From assembly GCA_950072105.1 (NCBI GenBank), contig CATMOE010000001.1, positions 96,001 through 160,000 on the forward strand: a stretch of 64,000 bases of DNA. The letters are read 5' to 3'. The notes beneath the pieces were generated by a model. The model had not been told where the DNA came from and searched no databases. It was given only the letters and a program-made list of their open reading frames with translations. The stretch is from an uncultured Dehalococcoidia bacterium (GTDB lineage Bacteria; Chloroflexota; Dehalococcoidia; Lucifugimonadales; UBA3495). Made by a program: the position numbers and the translations under genes. Below are positions 11,159 to 21,411 of the stretch, piece after piece. Each line of letters opens with the position of its first letter. Position 1 is the stretch's first letter.

Positions 11159-13096
11159 CTAGGACACCGACCTGAACCACCAGAAAATGGACAGGGCTAT
11201 CGTGCCTAGCACCATTCCCATGGCGTAACTATAAACATGACCGGTCACGTGCAGTCGCATGGCAACCCCTAGCCGATGGACTGAATTGGCCGGCCCGTTA
11301 ACGGCCAGGTCGTTGATAACGATGCGGTCGAACAAACCGATGAAATTCGCGAAGACCAGCACCACTCGGTCCACCGCCCACTGGTAGGCCTCGTCAAAGT
11401 AGTACTTGTTCTCCACCACTGGGATCAAACTACCCAATCTCGCCCGGAATCCCTCCAGGGAGACGCGATCTTTAATGTACACCAGATACCCAAGGATAAA
11501 CGCACCCACCGCCAAGATTATAGAAAGGATGCCCAACCACCAGTTGAAGTGGAAGCCCTCGGCCTCGTGGAAAAATAAGAAGCTGCCGATGCCTTGGTAG
11601 CTGCCCGGCCAGTTGAAGCTGACGAAACCAAAAACAGCCGCCAACACTCCCAGCAGGGCCATCGGACCTATCATCGACGCCGGAGATTCATGGGCATGCT
11701 CCATCTCTTGACGCAAGTTACCAAAGAAGGGCACGAACATCGCCCGGGCCATGTACATGGCGCTGAGGAACGCCGTCAGCAGAGCCAAAATGATGAAGGC
11801 CGGGTTAAGGTGTTCGTTCACCGCCAACAGGATCTCGTCTTTGCTCCAGAACCCGCTTAGGATAGGAATCCCACCCAGGGACAGCGCCCCTAGGGAAAAG
11901 AGAAAAGCCGTCATGGGCATCACTTTACGAAGTCCGCCCATCTTCCTGATGTCTAGCTCATCGGTACCGTGCATGACGCTCCCAGCACCCAGGAACAACA
12001 ACGCCTTGGCAAAGCCATGGGCCAACAGGTGGAAGATTGCCGCAGTGTAACCGAATGCCCCCAGGGACAGCATCATCAATCCCAAATGGCTGATGGTTGA
12101 ATAAGCAAGGATTCGCTTCAGGTCCACCGAAACCAGGGCGATCGTCGAGGCCATCAAGGCGGTGATGAGACCGACGATCGCGACCACTAATAGGGCGTCG
12201 CCGTCGTAGGCGCTGAATATGGGGTAAACCCGGGCTACCAGGAATACACCGGCCACGACCATTGTGGCGGCGTGGATCAGGGCGCTGACCGGGGTTGGGC
12301 CCTCCATGGCGTCGGGCAGCCACACGTGGAAGGGGAATTGGGCGGACTTGCCCATCGCCCCAAGGAACAGCAGCAGGGCCGCGACAGTGGTAACGCCCTC
12401 GGACATCGCCCCACTGCTAACCGCCTCAAAGGCGTCGAACATGCTGAAGGTGCCCACTTCCCGCCAGATCAGCAGGATACCAATGAGCATTCCCACGTCG
12501 CCAATACGGGTGACGATGAAAGCTTTTTTGGCCGCTTCCTTGGCTGCCGGTCTTTCGTGCCAGAAGCCGATCAGCAGATAAGAACAGATCCCCACCAACT
12601 CCCAAGCTACGTAAAGCAACAGGAAGTTGTCGGCCAAGACCAAGGTCAACATGGCGGCGGCGAACATGGCGTGGACGGCATAATACCAGCCGAACCGGGA
12701 GTCGCCGCGCATATATCCCAGGGAATATATCTGGACCATCAGAGCCACGAAAGTAACCAGACCCAGCATGGCCAACGTCAGCGGATCTACGATTATGCCC
12801 CAGGTCAGGGCAACGCTGCCGGCCGCCCCGGCCAGACCGGCATGGAACCAAGCCATCTGGTAATGGCAGGTCAGGGTCCCCGTATGTGAGCTTACTAAGC
12901 AGTTTTCCGTGCCGGCGCCCGCCCCCAGGAAACCGGCGAACACCCACCAGAACATGGCAAAACCGGCGGCAATGGCCAAGATAGCCAAGAACGATCCACT
13001 TCCCGGCAAGACCCGTCCCAACACCACGATCAACGGGGCGGCGGCAAAGCTGAACACGGGAATCAGCCAGGCCCACTCCATACTAAGCGCCCCCAT
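11159..13096 (-). CDS. nuoL: NADH-quinone oxidoreductase subunit L
   Basis: WELVGICSYLLIGFW, GKSAQFPFHVWLPDAMEGPTPVSALIHAATMV, GFWSKDEIL. Confidence 0.97.
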   Translation of the reverse strand: MGALSMEWAWLIPVFSFAAAPLIVVLGRVLPGSGSFLAILAIAAGFAMFWWVFAGFLGAGAGTENCLVSSHTGTLTCHYQMAWFHAGLAGAAGSVALTWGIIVDPLTLAMLGLVTFVALMVQIYSLGYMRGDSRFGWYYAVHAMFAAAMLTLVLADNFLLLYVAWELVGICSYLLIGFWHERPAAKEAAKKAFIVTRIGDVGMLIGILLIWREVGTFSMFDAFEAVSSGAMSEGVTTVAALLLFLGAMGKSAQFPFHVWLPDAMEGPTPVSALIHAATMVVAGVFLVARVYPIFSAYDGDALLVVAIVGLITALMASTIALVSVDLKRILAYSTISHLGLMMLSLGAFGYTAAIFHLLAHGFAKALLFLGAGSVMHGTDELDIRKMGGLRKVMPMTAFLFSLGALSLGGIPILSGFWSKDEILLAVNEHLNPAFIILALLTAFLSAMYMARAMFVPFFGNLRQEMEHAHESPASMIGPMALLGVLAAVFGFVSFNWPGSYQGIGSFLFFHEAEGFHFNWWLGILSIILAVGAFILGYLVYIKDRVSLEGFRARLGSLIPVVENKYYFDEAYQWAVDRVVLVFANFIGLFDRIVINDLAVNGPANSVHRLGVAMRLHVTGHVYSYAMGMVLGTIALSIFWWFRSVS

Positions 13097-13101
13097 CCGA
13101 A

Positions 13102-13134
13102 AGCTGACCGCTGATAGCTGATAGCTGACAGCTA
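13102..13134. repeat. Heptamer tandem repeat (AGCTGAY-type)
   Basis: agctgacc gctgata gctgata gctgaca gcta between nuoK and nuoL; same motif recurs at 27601, 27711, 41145, 63972. Confidence 0.75.
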
Positions 13135-13135
13135 A

Positions 13136-13465
13136 TTACCATTTCATCAGGTCCACTTCATCCACGTTTACCGAGCCCCGGTTGCGGTAGATGCGCAGAA
13201 TTATCGCCAGCGCCAACCCCAACTCGGCGGCCGCCACGGTGATCACGAAGATGGCGATGATCTGGCCATCGAAGTTGGTGAATGCTTCCCCAACGCTGCG
13301 GTAGCCCAAATGGGAGGCAGCGGCGATCAGATTTATGTTCACGGCATTGAGCATCAACTCGATGGACATGACGATAAGGACGGCGGACCGGCGCGCCAGA
13401 ACACCGTACATCCCTATGACAAATAGAGCCGCGCTTAGCAACTGAAAGTAGACTAGATCAACCAC
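13136..13465 (-). CDS. nuoK: NADH-quinone oxidoreductase subunit K
   Basis: [25 protein letters not shown]. Confidence 0.96.
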   Translation of the reverse strand: MVDLVYFQLLSAALFVIGMYGVLARRSAVLIVMSIELMLNAVNINLIAAASHLGYRSVGEAFTNFDGQIIAIFVITVAAAELGLALAIILRIYRNRGSVNVDEVDLMKW

Positions 13466-13468
13466 GGG

Positions 13469-13957
13469 TTAGGTCCCTTCCTCGTTTTCCCGGGCAATGA
13501 TGATCGCCCCGATAAGCGCCACCAGCAGGACGAGGGAAGCTATCTCGAAGGGAATAGCCCATCTGGTAAACAATGAGTTGGCCAGATCGGTCAGCGCCGG
13601 GTTGTGAGGCTGGGTATCGATCGCCGCTTTCGTCCAAAACGACCCAGCCAGCACGGCCAGCGTGGCTACCGACGCTACCGCGGCCAATGGCCACTGCCGG
13701 TTATCGGTGATCCGGGGATATTCGGCGGTGCGGGTGAGCATGATCGCGAACAACAGGACGATGGTTATTGCCCCGCCATAGATGAGAACCTGAACGATGG
13801 CCAAGAATTCAGCGAACAGGATCAGGTATATCCCGGCCACCGCCAGCAACGACAGAAGCAGCGCTAAGGCGGCGTGCACCACGTTTCTGGTGGCCACGAC
13901 ACCCAGACCTCCGCCCAAGGTCAATACCGCCAATACGATGAACAATATCCAAGACAT
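13469..13957 (-). CDS. nuoJ: NADH-quinone oxidoreductase subunit J
   Basis: AEFLAIVQVLIYGGAITIVLLFAIML, PFEIASLVLLVALIGAI. Confidence 0.95.
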   Translation of the reverse strand: MSWILFIVLAVLTLGGGLGVVATRNVVHAALALLLSLLAVAGIYLILFAEFLAIVQVLIYGGAITIVLLFAIMLTRTAEYPRITDNRQWPLAAVASVATLAVLAGSFWTKAAIDTQPHNPALTDLANSLFTRWAIPFEIASLVLLVALIGAIIIARENEEGT

Positions 13958-14176
13958 CTCTACGCGGCCAACTTAGCGAAAGAATGAACGTAAGACATCA
14001 CAACGACAGGCGGCGCTCCAAAAACATAATGAATGGAGATCAATCTTGACCGGACTCCCCTCATGCAGTCACCCAGTACCGGGCAAATAATGAGCCACCT
14101 TATAGGCGGCTCCGGAAACAATTGCTTGTTGATCGAAGGCCATTCGGCGTCACGATATAAGGCTGCTCCACTGTTT

Positions 14177-14752
14177 TCAAGAAGATGATTCCGAACCTTC
14201 GGTTTCCCCATCGCCGGCCACGGCCGGTGCGGCCTCCGGTTCTGGTTTGGCCCGTTTGGTGGGTGGGATCCAGCCGGTCTCCCGTTGAAATTTGGTCCCG
14301 ATCTCCAGAAGGACCGGGAGGTTGACCCGGTCACCGTTGCGCTTGAAGGTACTCATTTCGTGCTCGTGACTCATCACGATGGCGTCAAAGTTGCACACCT
14401 CGACGCAGATCCCGCACAGTATACACCGGTTGAGATTGATTTCGAAGCTGTCTACGATCTTTCTACGGGTGCTCTTCCCTTCTTGTTGGAGTGGGTTGTC
14501 CTTCATCGTCGCCGTCATGCACTGGGTTGGGCAGTGACGGATGCAGACCATGCAACTGGTGCAGAATGGCTCCTCTATTTCGCCGTCCCACGTCAGGGCC
14601 GGGAAACCCATAAACCGGTCCTGCACCGGGGTGGGAGCCTCTTCCCGCTTCCAAAGCGTTCCCGTCGACGGATATTGGCGCGTCACCGGACTGCGCAACC
14701 CGTTCATGGTGGAGACCAAGGTCAACAAGAGACCTTTAATGCTATTTATCAT
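14177..14752 (-). CDS. nuoI: NADH-quinone oxidoreductase subunit I
   Basis: Two CxxCxxCxxxC motifs (CTSCMVCIRHCP, CILCGICVEVC); VTRQYP. Confidence 0.93.
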   Translation of the reverse strand: MINSIKGLLLTLVSTMNGLRSPVTRQYPSTGTLWKREEAPTPVQDRFMGFPALTWDGEIEEPFCTSCMVCIRHCPTQCMTATMKDNPLQQEGKSTRRKIVDSFEINLNRCILCGICVEVCNFDAIVMSHEHEMSTFKRNGDRVNLPVLLEIGTKFQRETGWIPPTKRAKPEPEAAPAVAGDGETEGSESSS

Positions 14753-14782
14753 CAGTTATTCCTGCGTGCCATGGTGCACCCC

Positions 14783-15922
14783 TTACTGGCCGGATCGGGA
14801 TTGGAGGGCTAGGTACCTGGCTCGCACCTGAGCCGCCTGGCTGGCCGGTCCCGCAAAACGCCGGTAGATCGCGTATCCCACCACCGCCAATCCGGCCAGG
14901 GACATCAGGGTCAACGTCCACGGGGGCAATCCGTAGAAAAGGTACACGGCGGTGATGACGATGGCATAGAACGATAATGGGACCATCACCTTCCAGGCAA
15001 AGGCCATCAACTGGTCGATGCGCAGGCGCGGGAACGTTCCCCTGATCCAGAAGATCACCAGTATCACCGCGTACACTTTGGCCAGGAACCAGATAATTTC
15101 CCAGTTGCCCGTCAAGAAGGGACCAGACCATCCTCCCAGGAACAGCAGAACCGTCAGGGCAGCCACGGCGAAAGTGTTGATGTATTCCGCCAGGAAGAAC
15201 ACCGACCAATGGGCGCCGCTGTACTCGACGAACGGGCCGCCCACGATCTCCGATTCGGCAAAATAGATGTCGAAGGGTGTTCTGCCGACCTCCGCCAGCC
15301 CGGCGATGAAGAAAATCACCAATCCCAGGGGAAACACCAGGACATAGGGATAGGAACTTTGCTTCTCCACGATCTCGACCATGTTCAAAGACTGGGCCAG
15401 CATGGCGACGGCGATTACCACCATGATTACCGGAATCTCATAGCTGATCAACTGGGCCGCCGCCCTGAGACCTCCCAGGGTTCCGTACTTGTTGGCGGAC
15501 CCCCAACCGGCCAGCACCAGGCCAAGGATTCCCACCACGGAAAACGCGATTATGTAAAACAAACCCAGATCGCCCAGGTTCTTCAATACCAGATTCCCAG
15601 TGCCCGGGATGGTGACCCAAATCATGAACGCCGGCACGACGACCAGGACCGGGGCTATCCAAAATATGGCTTTCTCCGACGACGTGGGAACAATGTCTTC
15701 TTTGAGGATCAACTTCAGGGCGTCGGCAATCGGTTGCATCAACCCCATCGGGCCGGTCCGGGTTGGCCCCAATCGCCGCTGTAGCCTGCCGAGCAACTTC
15801 CGCTCCAGCCAAGTTAGGGACAATACCACCACCGAAAGGGCGGTGAACATGGCCAACAGCCCGGCTACGATCCAGAAGAGCGTGATCAGGTTAACCGACA
15901 GCAGAGGAATGGGCAGGCTCAC
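14783..15922 (-). CDS. nuoH: NADH-quinone oxidoreductase subunit H
   Basis: ERKLLGRLQRRLGP, QPIADALKLILKED, AQLISYE, RTPFD, FPRLRIDQLM. Confidence 0.97.
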   Translation of the reverse strand: MSLPIPLLSVNLITLFWIVAGLLAMFTALSVVVLSLTWLERKLLGRLQRRLGPTRTGPMGLMQPIADALKLILKEDIVPTSSEKAIFWIAPVLVVVPAFMIWVTIPGTGNLVLKNLGDLGLFYIIAFSVVGILGLVLAGWGSANKYGTLGGLRAAAQLISYEIPVIMVVIAVAMLAQSLNMVEIVEKQSSYPYVLVFPLGLVIFFIAGLAEVGRTPFDIYFAESEIVGGPFVEYSGAHWSVFFLAEYINTFAVAALTVLLFLGGWSGPFLTGNWEIIWFLAKVYAVILVIFWIRGTFPRLRIDQLMAFAWKVMVPLSFYAIVITAVYLFYGLPPWTLTLMSLAGLAVVGYAIYRRFAGPASQAAQVRARYLALQSRSGQ

Positions 15923-17049
15923 CGGTCCACCTCACCCAACACGATATCCAGAGAACCCAGGACCACCACCGTGTCGGCGATCCAAGTGTCCTTCAACAGG
16001 TGCTTGATGGCCGACAAGTTGCAGAAAGACGGCGGGCGAACCTTTAGCCGGTATGGTTTATCGGTGCCGTCGCAGACCAGGTAAACACCGATCTCACCCC
16101 GGGGATTCTCCGTCCTTACGTAAACTTCTCCTTTGGGGGGCCGAGGCAGCCGTCTTCCTAAAGAGGAAGTGACGTTGCCCTTAGGCATCTGTTTCAGGGC
16201 TTGCTCCAGAATCTTCATGGATTCGTACATCTCTTGGACGCGGACAAAATGGCGATCCCAACAGTCGCCGTCCAAACCGGTAGGCACATTAAATTCGAAC
16301 CGCTCATACACCGAATAAGGGTCAGCCTTACGAAGGTCATAGTCCACACCGCAGGCCCGCAGGCAGGGGCCGGTCAGTCCGAAATCCAGTGCGTCTTCCA
16401 CGGATATGGCTGCCACTCCTTTGAGCCGGGCCAGGAAGATCTCGTTAAAAGTCAGGAGCTTATCGGCCTCCTCGATGTCTGCTTGCAGCAGAGGCATCAA
16501 TTCGCCAACCATTTCCTCAAAGTTGTCCGGCAGGTCTTCTTTAAGTCCCCCGATCCTGAAGTAATTGTGCATCATGCGGGCGCCGGAGACGGCCTCGAAT
16601 AAGGACTGGACTCGTTCCCGCCCACGGAAGCAGATCATAGAAGGAGTCATTGCTCCGGCATCCAGACCCATGGTCGCCACGAACAGCAGATGGCTGGCGA
16701 TGCGGTTCAACTCGCACAGGATGACCCGCACGTACTCCGCCCGCTCCGGCACAGTCAGACCCATCAATTTTTCAACGGCGGCGCAATAGACCAATTCGTT
16801 ATTGAAATTGGCCAGGTAATCCATCCGGTCGAAAAGGGTAATGACCTGGTGAAATTGCTCACCTTCGCACAGTTTCTCCGAACCCCGGTGCAAGTAGCCG
16901 ATGTGGGGCTCCACGTCGGTGACCTTCTCGCCGTCAACCCAGAGCACCATGCGAAAAACCCCGTGGGTAGACGGGTGCTGCGGGCCCATGTTAAGCAGCA
17001 TCTCCATGGGTTCACCCCGGGCAACCACTCCAGTCGGGATATTGGTCAT
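15919..17049 (-). CDS. nuoD: NADH-quinone oxidoreductase subunit D
   Basis: NMGPQHPSTHGVFR, GYLHRGSEK, DRMDY, SLDIVLGEVDR; no NiFe CxxC motifs. Confidence 0.97.
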   Translation of the reverse strand: MTNIPTGVVARGEPMEMLLNMGPQHPSTHGVFRMVLWVDGEKVTDVEPHIGYLHRGSEKLCEGEQFHQVITLFDRMDYLANFNNELVYCAAVEKLMGLTVPERAEYVRVILCELNRIASHLLFVATMGLDAGAMTPSMICFRGRERVQSLFEAVSGARMMHNYFRIGGLKEDLPDNFEEMVGELMPLLQADIEEADKLLTFNEIFLARLKGVAAISVEDALDFGLTGPCLRACGVDYDLRKADPYSVYERFEFNVPTGLDGDCWDRHFVRVQEMYESMKILEQALKQMPKGNVTSSLGRRLPRPPKGEVYVRTENPRGEIGVYLVCDGTDKPYRLKVRPPSFCNLSAIKHLLKDTWIADTVVVLGSLDIVLGEVDR

Positions 17050-17129
17050 CGCCTAACCTTTTTCAAGTTTTTAGTATCCAGCATTTTCATTGTTTGTCTG
17101 AAATCCTCTCTCGGGAAATTCCGTTCTAG

Positions 17130-17220
17130 CCCCCTTTTATAAAGGGGGTTGGGGGATTTCGGTCCCCCATCCGCACACCCGGTGCTGGTCCCCATTTATA
17201 AAGGAGGGTCGGGGGGATTT
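17130..17220. repeat. Two direct copies of a REP-like element (CCCCTTTATAAAGGGGG..GGGGGATTT)
   Basis: cccccttttataaagggggttgggggattt (17130-17159) and ccccatttataaaggagggtcggggggattt (17190-17220). Confidence 0.75.
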
Positions 17221-17579
17221 CCCGGCATCAATCCCTCAAGTCCCTCGAGCAACCCCGACTCGCTGTCCAGCATCAAGATCTTAGGTTCCCGGGCCGGAAT
17301 CACGGCATCGCTAACCCAACGGTCCCCGTCATCATAGAATCCTGCTTCTATCAGCACGTCTTCCAAGATTCCCAACCGGTCGCAGTCCTCCAGATAAGAA
17401 CTCACTTCTCGCTGCAAAGCCTCCTTGGCTTCCTCGGGCGTGTCGCCGAACCCAAGCAAAATGAGTTCCGGACAATACGCCTGGTAGGTCTTGCCAGAAA
17501 GTGACTCCTCTACTTGATAAACTACGCGATCTCCGGGCCCATCGCTTTCCCCGTCGTTTACCAACGAGCTCTGCTCCAA
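17196..17579 (-). CDS. Acidic HicB-like fold protein (orphan)
   Basis: YQAYCPELILLGFGDTPEEAKEAL resembles the HicB N-terminal partial RNase H fold; co-oriented within the nuo operon. Confidence 0.6.
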   Translation of the reverse strand: MEQSSLVNDGESDGPGDRVVYQVEESLSGKTYQAYCPELILLGFGDTPEEAKEALQREVSSYLEDCDRLGILEDVLIEAGFYDDGDRWVSDAVIPAREPKILMLDSESGLLEGLEGLMPGNPPDPPL

Positions 17580-17589
17580 TCAACCCCGA

Positions 17590-17835
17590 TTAATCCACAA
17601 ACTCCAATTGCAATTCGGTTTCCTCAGCTACGCCCGGAAATCCGGCGTCGGCCAAAAGCTGCTCCAAAGTGTCCGTACCGTCGTTCTCCTCGATCCAGGA
17701 GCGCATCGTCTGAATCAATTGGTCTTGCGCTTCCTCAACCGACTCGCCAACTCCCTCCAAGGGAAGCTGGTCAACCTTGGCAAGGAAGTGATCGCTGTCC
17801 CAAATCACTCGAGCCGTCAGCATCACCGATTCCAT
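17590..17835 (-). CDS. Small acidic HicB-like fold protein, paralog of the neighbour
   Basis: FLAKVDQLPLEGVGESVEEAQDQL...TLEQLLADAGF; ATG 17835 follows AGGAG and the nuoC stop. Confidence 0.6.
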   Translation of the reverse strand: MESVMLTARVIWDSDHFLAKVDQLPLEGVGESVEEAQDQLIQTMRSWIEENDGTDTLEQLLADAGFPGVAEETELQLEFVD

Positions 17836-17840
17836 CGCGA

Positions 17841-18380
17841 TTAAAACTCCTGATAGTCGTTGAACGGATACTCTTTCCGGCCTGGATACCCTTCGAAACC
17901 TTCGTACAGCAACAAGGGAGATAGATCCGGGTGGCCTTCGAAGTGTACGCCAAATAGGTCGTGGGCCTCCCTTTCGTACCAATCGGCCGCCCGCCAGACC
18001 GAGGTCACCGACGGCAGCGCAGCTGTTTCGTAAGGAACATCGGTCTTGATGACCGCCGTCCGGTCGGGGTCCAAGGAGTGGAGGATATACACGATCTGGA
18101 AATACTCTAGGTAATCCACGCAGGCCAAAAGGGACAGTTGAGACATGCCCAATCTGGGGTCATCTTTGGCCAAACGGCAGGCCCGCTGGACGTCTCCGGG
18201 GCCTATAGTCACCTGGGGGAGATCGTCTAAGGCGCCTGGCCGGGGATTGAAATCTTTGAGGACTTCCTTGAGGACTTCCAATATATCAAGATTTGATTGA
18301 CTGAGGCCTTCGATGGCCACATCGACAACCCCAGCCTCCTCGGAAGCTTGGGTGGCTTCGGGATCGTTATTTTCCACCAC
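17841..18380 (-). CDS. nuoC: NADH-quinone oxidoreductase subunit C
   Basis: [30 protein letters not shown]. Confidence 0.94.
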   Translation of the reverse strand: MVENNDPEATQASEEAGVVDVAIEGLSQSNLDILEVLKEVLKDFNPRPGALDDLPQVTIGPGDVQRACRLAKDDPRLGMSQLSLLACVDYLEYFQIVYILHSLDPDRTAVIKTDVPYETAALPSVTSVWRAADWYEREAHDLFGVHFEGHPDLSPLLLYEGFEGYPGRKEYPFNDYQEF

Positions 18381-18900
18381 TGCCTTTGGCGTCCTGCATT
18401 ATTTTTTCCTGTAGCTTGAGGATGCCGTAAAGCAGCGCCTCCGGCCGGGGAGGGCAACCAGGCACGTAAACGTCCACGGGAATGATGTGGTCGACTCCCA
18501 TCACAACCGAATAAGACCGGTAGTAAGGGCCGCCGTTGGTGGCGCAGCTACCCATGGCGATGACCCATTTCGGCTCCGGCATTTGCTCGTACAGCAGGCG
18601 GATGGGCTCCGCCATCTTCTTGACCACGGTGCCTGCCACAATCATTACGTCCGACTGGCGCGGCGACGGCCATGTAACAACGCCAAAACGGTCGAAATCG
18701 TGGTGCGCCATATAGGTGGACATCATCTCTATGGCGCAACAGGCTAGGCCGAAGGTCAGCGCCCAAAGCGATGACTTGCGGGCCATCCCGAACAGTTGAT
18801 CCGTGGTCGTAGTAATAACGCCGGGAACTCTCCCTGACGTTGCCTGATCAAAAAGGCTGGCTCCGGGACGGTTGCCCGTACCTAGGGTTATTTCCTCCAT
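18367..18900 (-). CDS. nuoB: NADH-quinone oxidoreductase subunit B
   Basis: [33 protein letters not shown]. Confidence 0.97.
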   Translation of the reverse strand: MEEITLGTGNRPGASLFDQATSGRVPGVITTTTDQLFGMARKSSLWALTFGLACCAIEMMSTYMAHHDFDRFGVVTWPSPRQSDVMIVAGTVVKKMAEPIRLLYEQMPEPKWVIAMGSCATNGGPYYRSYSVVMGVDHIIPVDVYVPGCPPRPEALLYGILKLQEKIMQDAKGSGGK

Positions 18901-19310
18901 TCAAGGACCCCTTTTCGCCATGCGTATACGATGGCAAAGAATAGGACGCCCAGGAACATTATCATCGCGTAAAACGGTATCACGTTGTTGTAAACGACCT
19001 TCTGTTCCATGAATATCACTGCCCACGGAAACAGGAAAACCGCCTCGACGTCGAAGATCAAAAACAGGATGGCGAAGATATAGAAGCGGACGTTGATGTT
19101 GGACCAGGAATAACTGGTGACAGGAATGCCGCACTCGTACGTCGTGAGCTTTACTTCGGAATGTCGGCGAGCGGACAACAACTGGGAAGTGGCGAACATA
19201 CCCAAGATGGCCACTGCGGCCACGACCGCCGATAGGGCAACCGCCGTCCAGTTTTCAGCAAACAGACCGGGGTTGAAAGCTTGTAGATTAAGGCCAGCGA
19301 TAAACGACAT
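18888..19310 (-). CDS. nuoA: NADH-quinone oxidoreductase subunit A
   Basis: [36 protein letters not shown]. Confidence 0.96.
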   Translation of the reverse strand: MSFIAGLNLQAFNPGLFAENWTAVALSAVVAAVAILGMFATSQLLSARRHSEVKLTTYECGIPVTSYSWSNINVRFYIFAILFLIFDVEAVFLFPWAVIFMEQKVVYNNVIPFYAMIMFLGVLFFAIVYAWRKGVLEWRK

Positions 19311-19371
19311 AGTTTAGCGTTGGAGAAAACTCTGAAAAAACGGTTTATAGGCACGCCTGCCAAGCGTCCAC

Positions 19372-19400
19372 ATGTTAACATCGGGTAGTTGGAGTGTCAA
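19372..19400 (-). promoter_or_regulatory. Sigma70-type promoter of the nuo operon
   Basis: Minus strand TTGACA-17 nt-TAACAT with TGn extension; the -10 lies in the palindrome ATGTTAACAT. Confidence 0.7.
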
Positions 19401-19447
19401 TTCCAAGGGCCGTTTCGGCAGGCTGGTGAAGGCCGTTTCCACAGCTA

Positions 19448-20581
19448 TCAACGCTCTCCACGCAAGGCGGTGGAAGAGATATCGTTGCGGAATCGAGACT
19501 CAGGAATCTCCTGGAACAAGGGACTAAACCCCTGAGGAACATCAACTTCGTCCAACGTATAAAACGCGCCGTTATCCTCCCGGCCCGCCACTAGAAAGCG
19601 GCAGCCAGTAGCCCACATCTCGGCCAGAGCGGTCAGCATGGCCGATGTTTCGCCTCCGTAGTACCTGGGAGCCACCAGCCGGACCGCCGTGTCCCATCCA
19701 ATCACAAAAGCGATGCCGGGAAACAGGCCGGCCTTTTTGCGGAAGGTCTCCGCCCGGGTGAGGACCACCCTATTTTGACCCAAAAACTGCACCAGCCTAC
19801 GCTCCACCTCCTCTTTAGCCAAGGGCGGCTTGTCCACGTTCACCACCGAGATCTCGAAGAAAACTTCCGCCCCCAGCATATCCCCGGCGATGCGGGCCAG
19901 TTCACGATGGCCGTCATGGAAGGGACTGAAAGAGCCCGGTAGCAACGCGCCGCCGACCTTGGCGTCCACTGTCATCTGCCCATCGGTTTCTACCAACACG
20001 CTGTTCACTTCGCCGGATAATAAGCGCGATATAGGGTCGTCGTGCTCCTTCGCACCCGTTATCAACTCGTCTTCCGGAACCAGACCCAGGGAAACATCTT
20101 CCTCTAATCCGCTGGCCGTGGACAGTGCTTGGAGCAACAGCCAGCTCACCACCTCTTCCTCGCCGGCCCGGTCGCGCCGGCCCTTGTCGAATCGAAGGGA
20201 ATAGGTTGCCACGCCGGTTTCGCTCCAAGTGGCGATGCAGCAACGGTGTTCGCCCCGCTTCGGCCGGTCGGTGGCGATGGTGGCGGTGCAACCCAGACCC
20301 AACACCGGCACGGGGCTTTCCCGCATGAGCAACGCCCGGTTGTAAGCGGCCCTGGCCATGTCAGTCGCAGTTTCCACCGATACGAATTGGGACGGCTCAT
20401 GGCCGATAAAGTCGATCATCGACAAGGAGCCGTAGGGGACCACCACCTCCAAAAGGGTGCGGGAGGCCCCCGCCACCCCCAAAAGCCAGGCAACGGCCTC
20501 GCTACCGGCCCCGGCCACCGCCAACACGGCCTGCGGAGGGGAGTCGTGGATCTTTTGCACCAAGTCCCGGAAATCGCTCAT
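19448..20581 (-). CDS. CinA-like N-domain + cytidylyltransferase-like (NadD-type HxGH) protein
   Basis: VAGASRTLLE, ATDRPKRGEHR, PGSFSPFHDGH, NVDKP, GWDT, ISSTALR. Confidence 0.75.
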   Translation of the reverse strand: MSDFRDLVQKIHDSPPQAVLAVAGAGSEAVAWLLGVAGASRTLLEVVVPYGSLSMIDFIGHEPSQFVSVETATDMARAAYNRALLMRESPVPVLGLGCTATIATDRPKRGEHRCCIATWSETGVATYSLRFDKGRRDRAGEEEVVSWLLLQALSTASGLEEDVSLGLVPEDELITGAKEHDDPISRLLSGEVNSVLVETDGQMTVDAKVGGALLPGSFSPFHDGHRELARIAGDMLGAEVFFEISVVNVDKPPLAKEEVERRLVQFLGQNRVVLTRAETFRKKAGLFPGIAFVIGWDTAVRLVAPRYYGGETSAMLTALAEMWATGCRFLVAGREDNGAFYTLDEVDVPQGFSPLFQEIPESRFRNDISSTALRGER

Positions 20582-20603
20582 AGATCAATCCGAATCAAAT
20601 CGT

Positions 20604-21185
20604 TTACGCTTTGGGCTGCCATGGCTTGAAGTCGAGGTTGGGCATGCGCCGTTTGGAGACCTCGATCTCTCCGCTGATCTTTCGGTCCCACTCCTCGTTC
20701 CAAGCAGCCGGAATCTCCCGGCGGGCATCCCGCCAGTACAGCGGCTCGGCTTGAGAAAGAGTTTCTCCATCCAAAACATCGCCCAGGAAACAGGTCATAT
20801 CGCCGCCGTCCATGGCATTCACCACCCGGCAGTCCAGGAAACCCCAACAATCGTCCAAGACTGGGCTGCCCGTTGCCCGCGGCGCGTGAGCCACGCCCAA
20901 CAATTTGTCCCTATCCCTTCCCGATACCAACCCAAAATCATTTATCAGTTCAAGTTGGTCCTGCCGTAGAAAGTTTAGGGCGAAGCACCCGCTGTTGTAG
21001 ATCAGGTCGTGACTATAGTTGGTTTTGTATATCTGAAGCAATACCCGGGGCATATCCGGAACGATGGAAGCCGCCGCGATGGCCACCGCGATCTGGGCGT
21101 TGGACTTGCCTTGCCAGTGGCTGGTAACCGCGGCGATGGGAGACCACAGGCGCCCCATTATCGGCGCGATCCGGGAATATTCCAT
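20604..21185 (-). CDS. Flavin reductase-like family protein
   Basis: FALNFL, FGLVSGRDRDK, TGSPVL, DCRVV..GGDMTCFLGDV. Confidence 0.85.
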   Translation of the reverse strand: MEYSRIAPIMGRLWSPIAAVTSHWQGKSNAQIAVAIAAASIVPDMPRVLLQIYKTNYSHDLIYNSGCFALNFLRQDQLELINDFGLVSGRDRDKLLGVAHAPRATGSPVLDDCWGFLDCRVVNAMDGGDMTCFLGDVLDGETLSQAEPLYWRDARREIPAAWNEEWDRKISGEIEVSKRRMPNLDFKPWQPKA

Positions 21186-21411
21186 GTCGTGCTCACAAGA
21201 GGTACGGGGATCAAGGGCTACGGTCCCGTCGGCATTCGGCCCCTACTTAGAGCCAGCCGCCCATCGAGGTACCCCGAGTGTAGCACCGTGGCTTTCCGGT
21301 GACCAGAGCGACGAGGTCAATCTCCCGGGAATAACTGCTTGACTTCAGGTATACGTACCCGGCCACGCTGAGAAACTTTGAAGATGCGGGAAGCAATTCG
21401 CCTGCGTACTC

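Noticed and set aside
15919..17049. Group 4 NiFe-hydrogenase large subunit
   Set aside because: Lacks both CxxC Ni-binding motifs; has the quinone-site His/Tyr motifs of NuoD.
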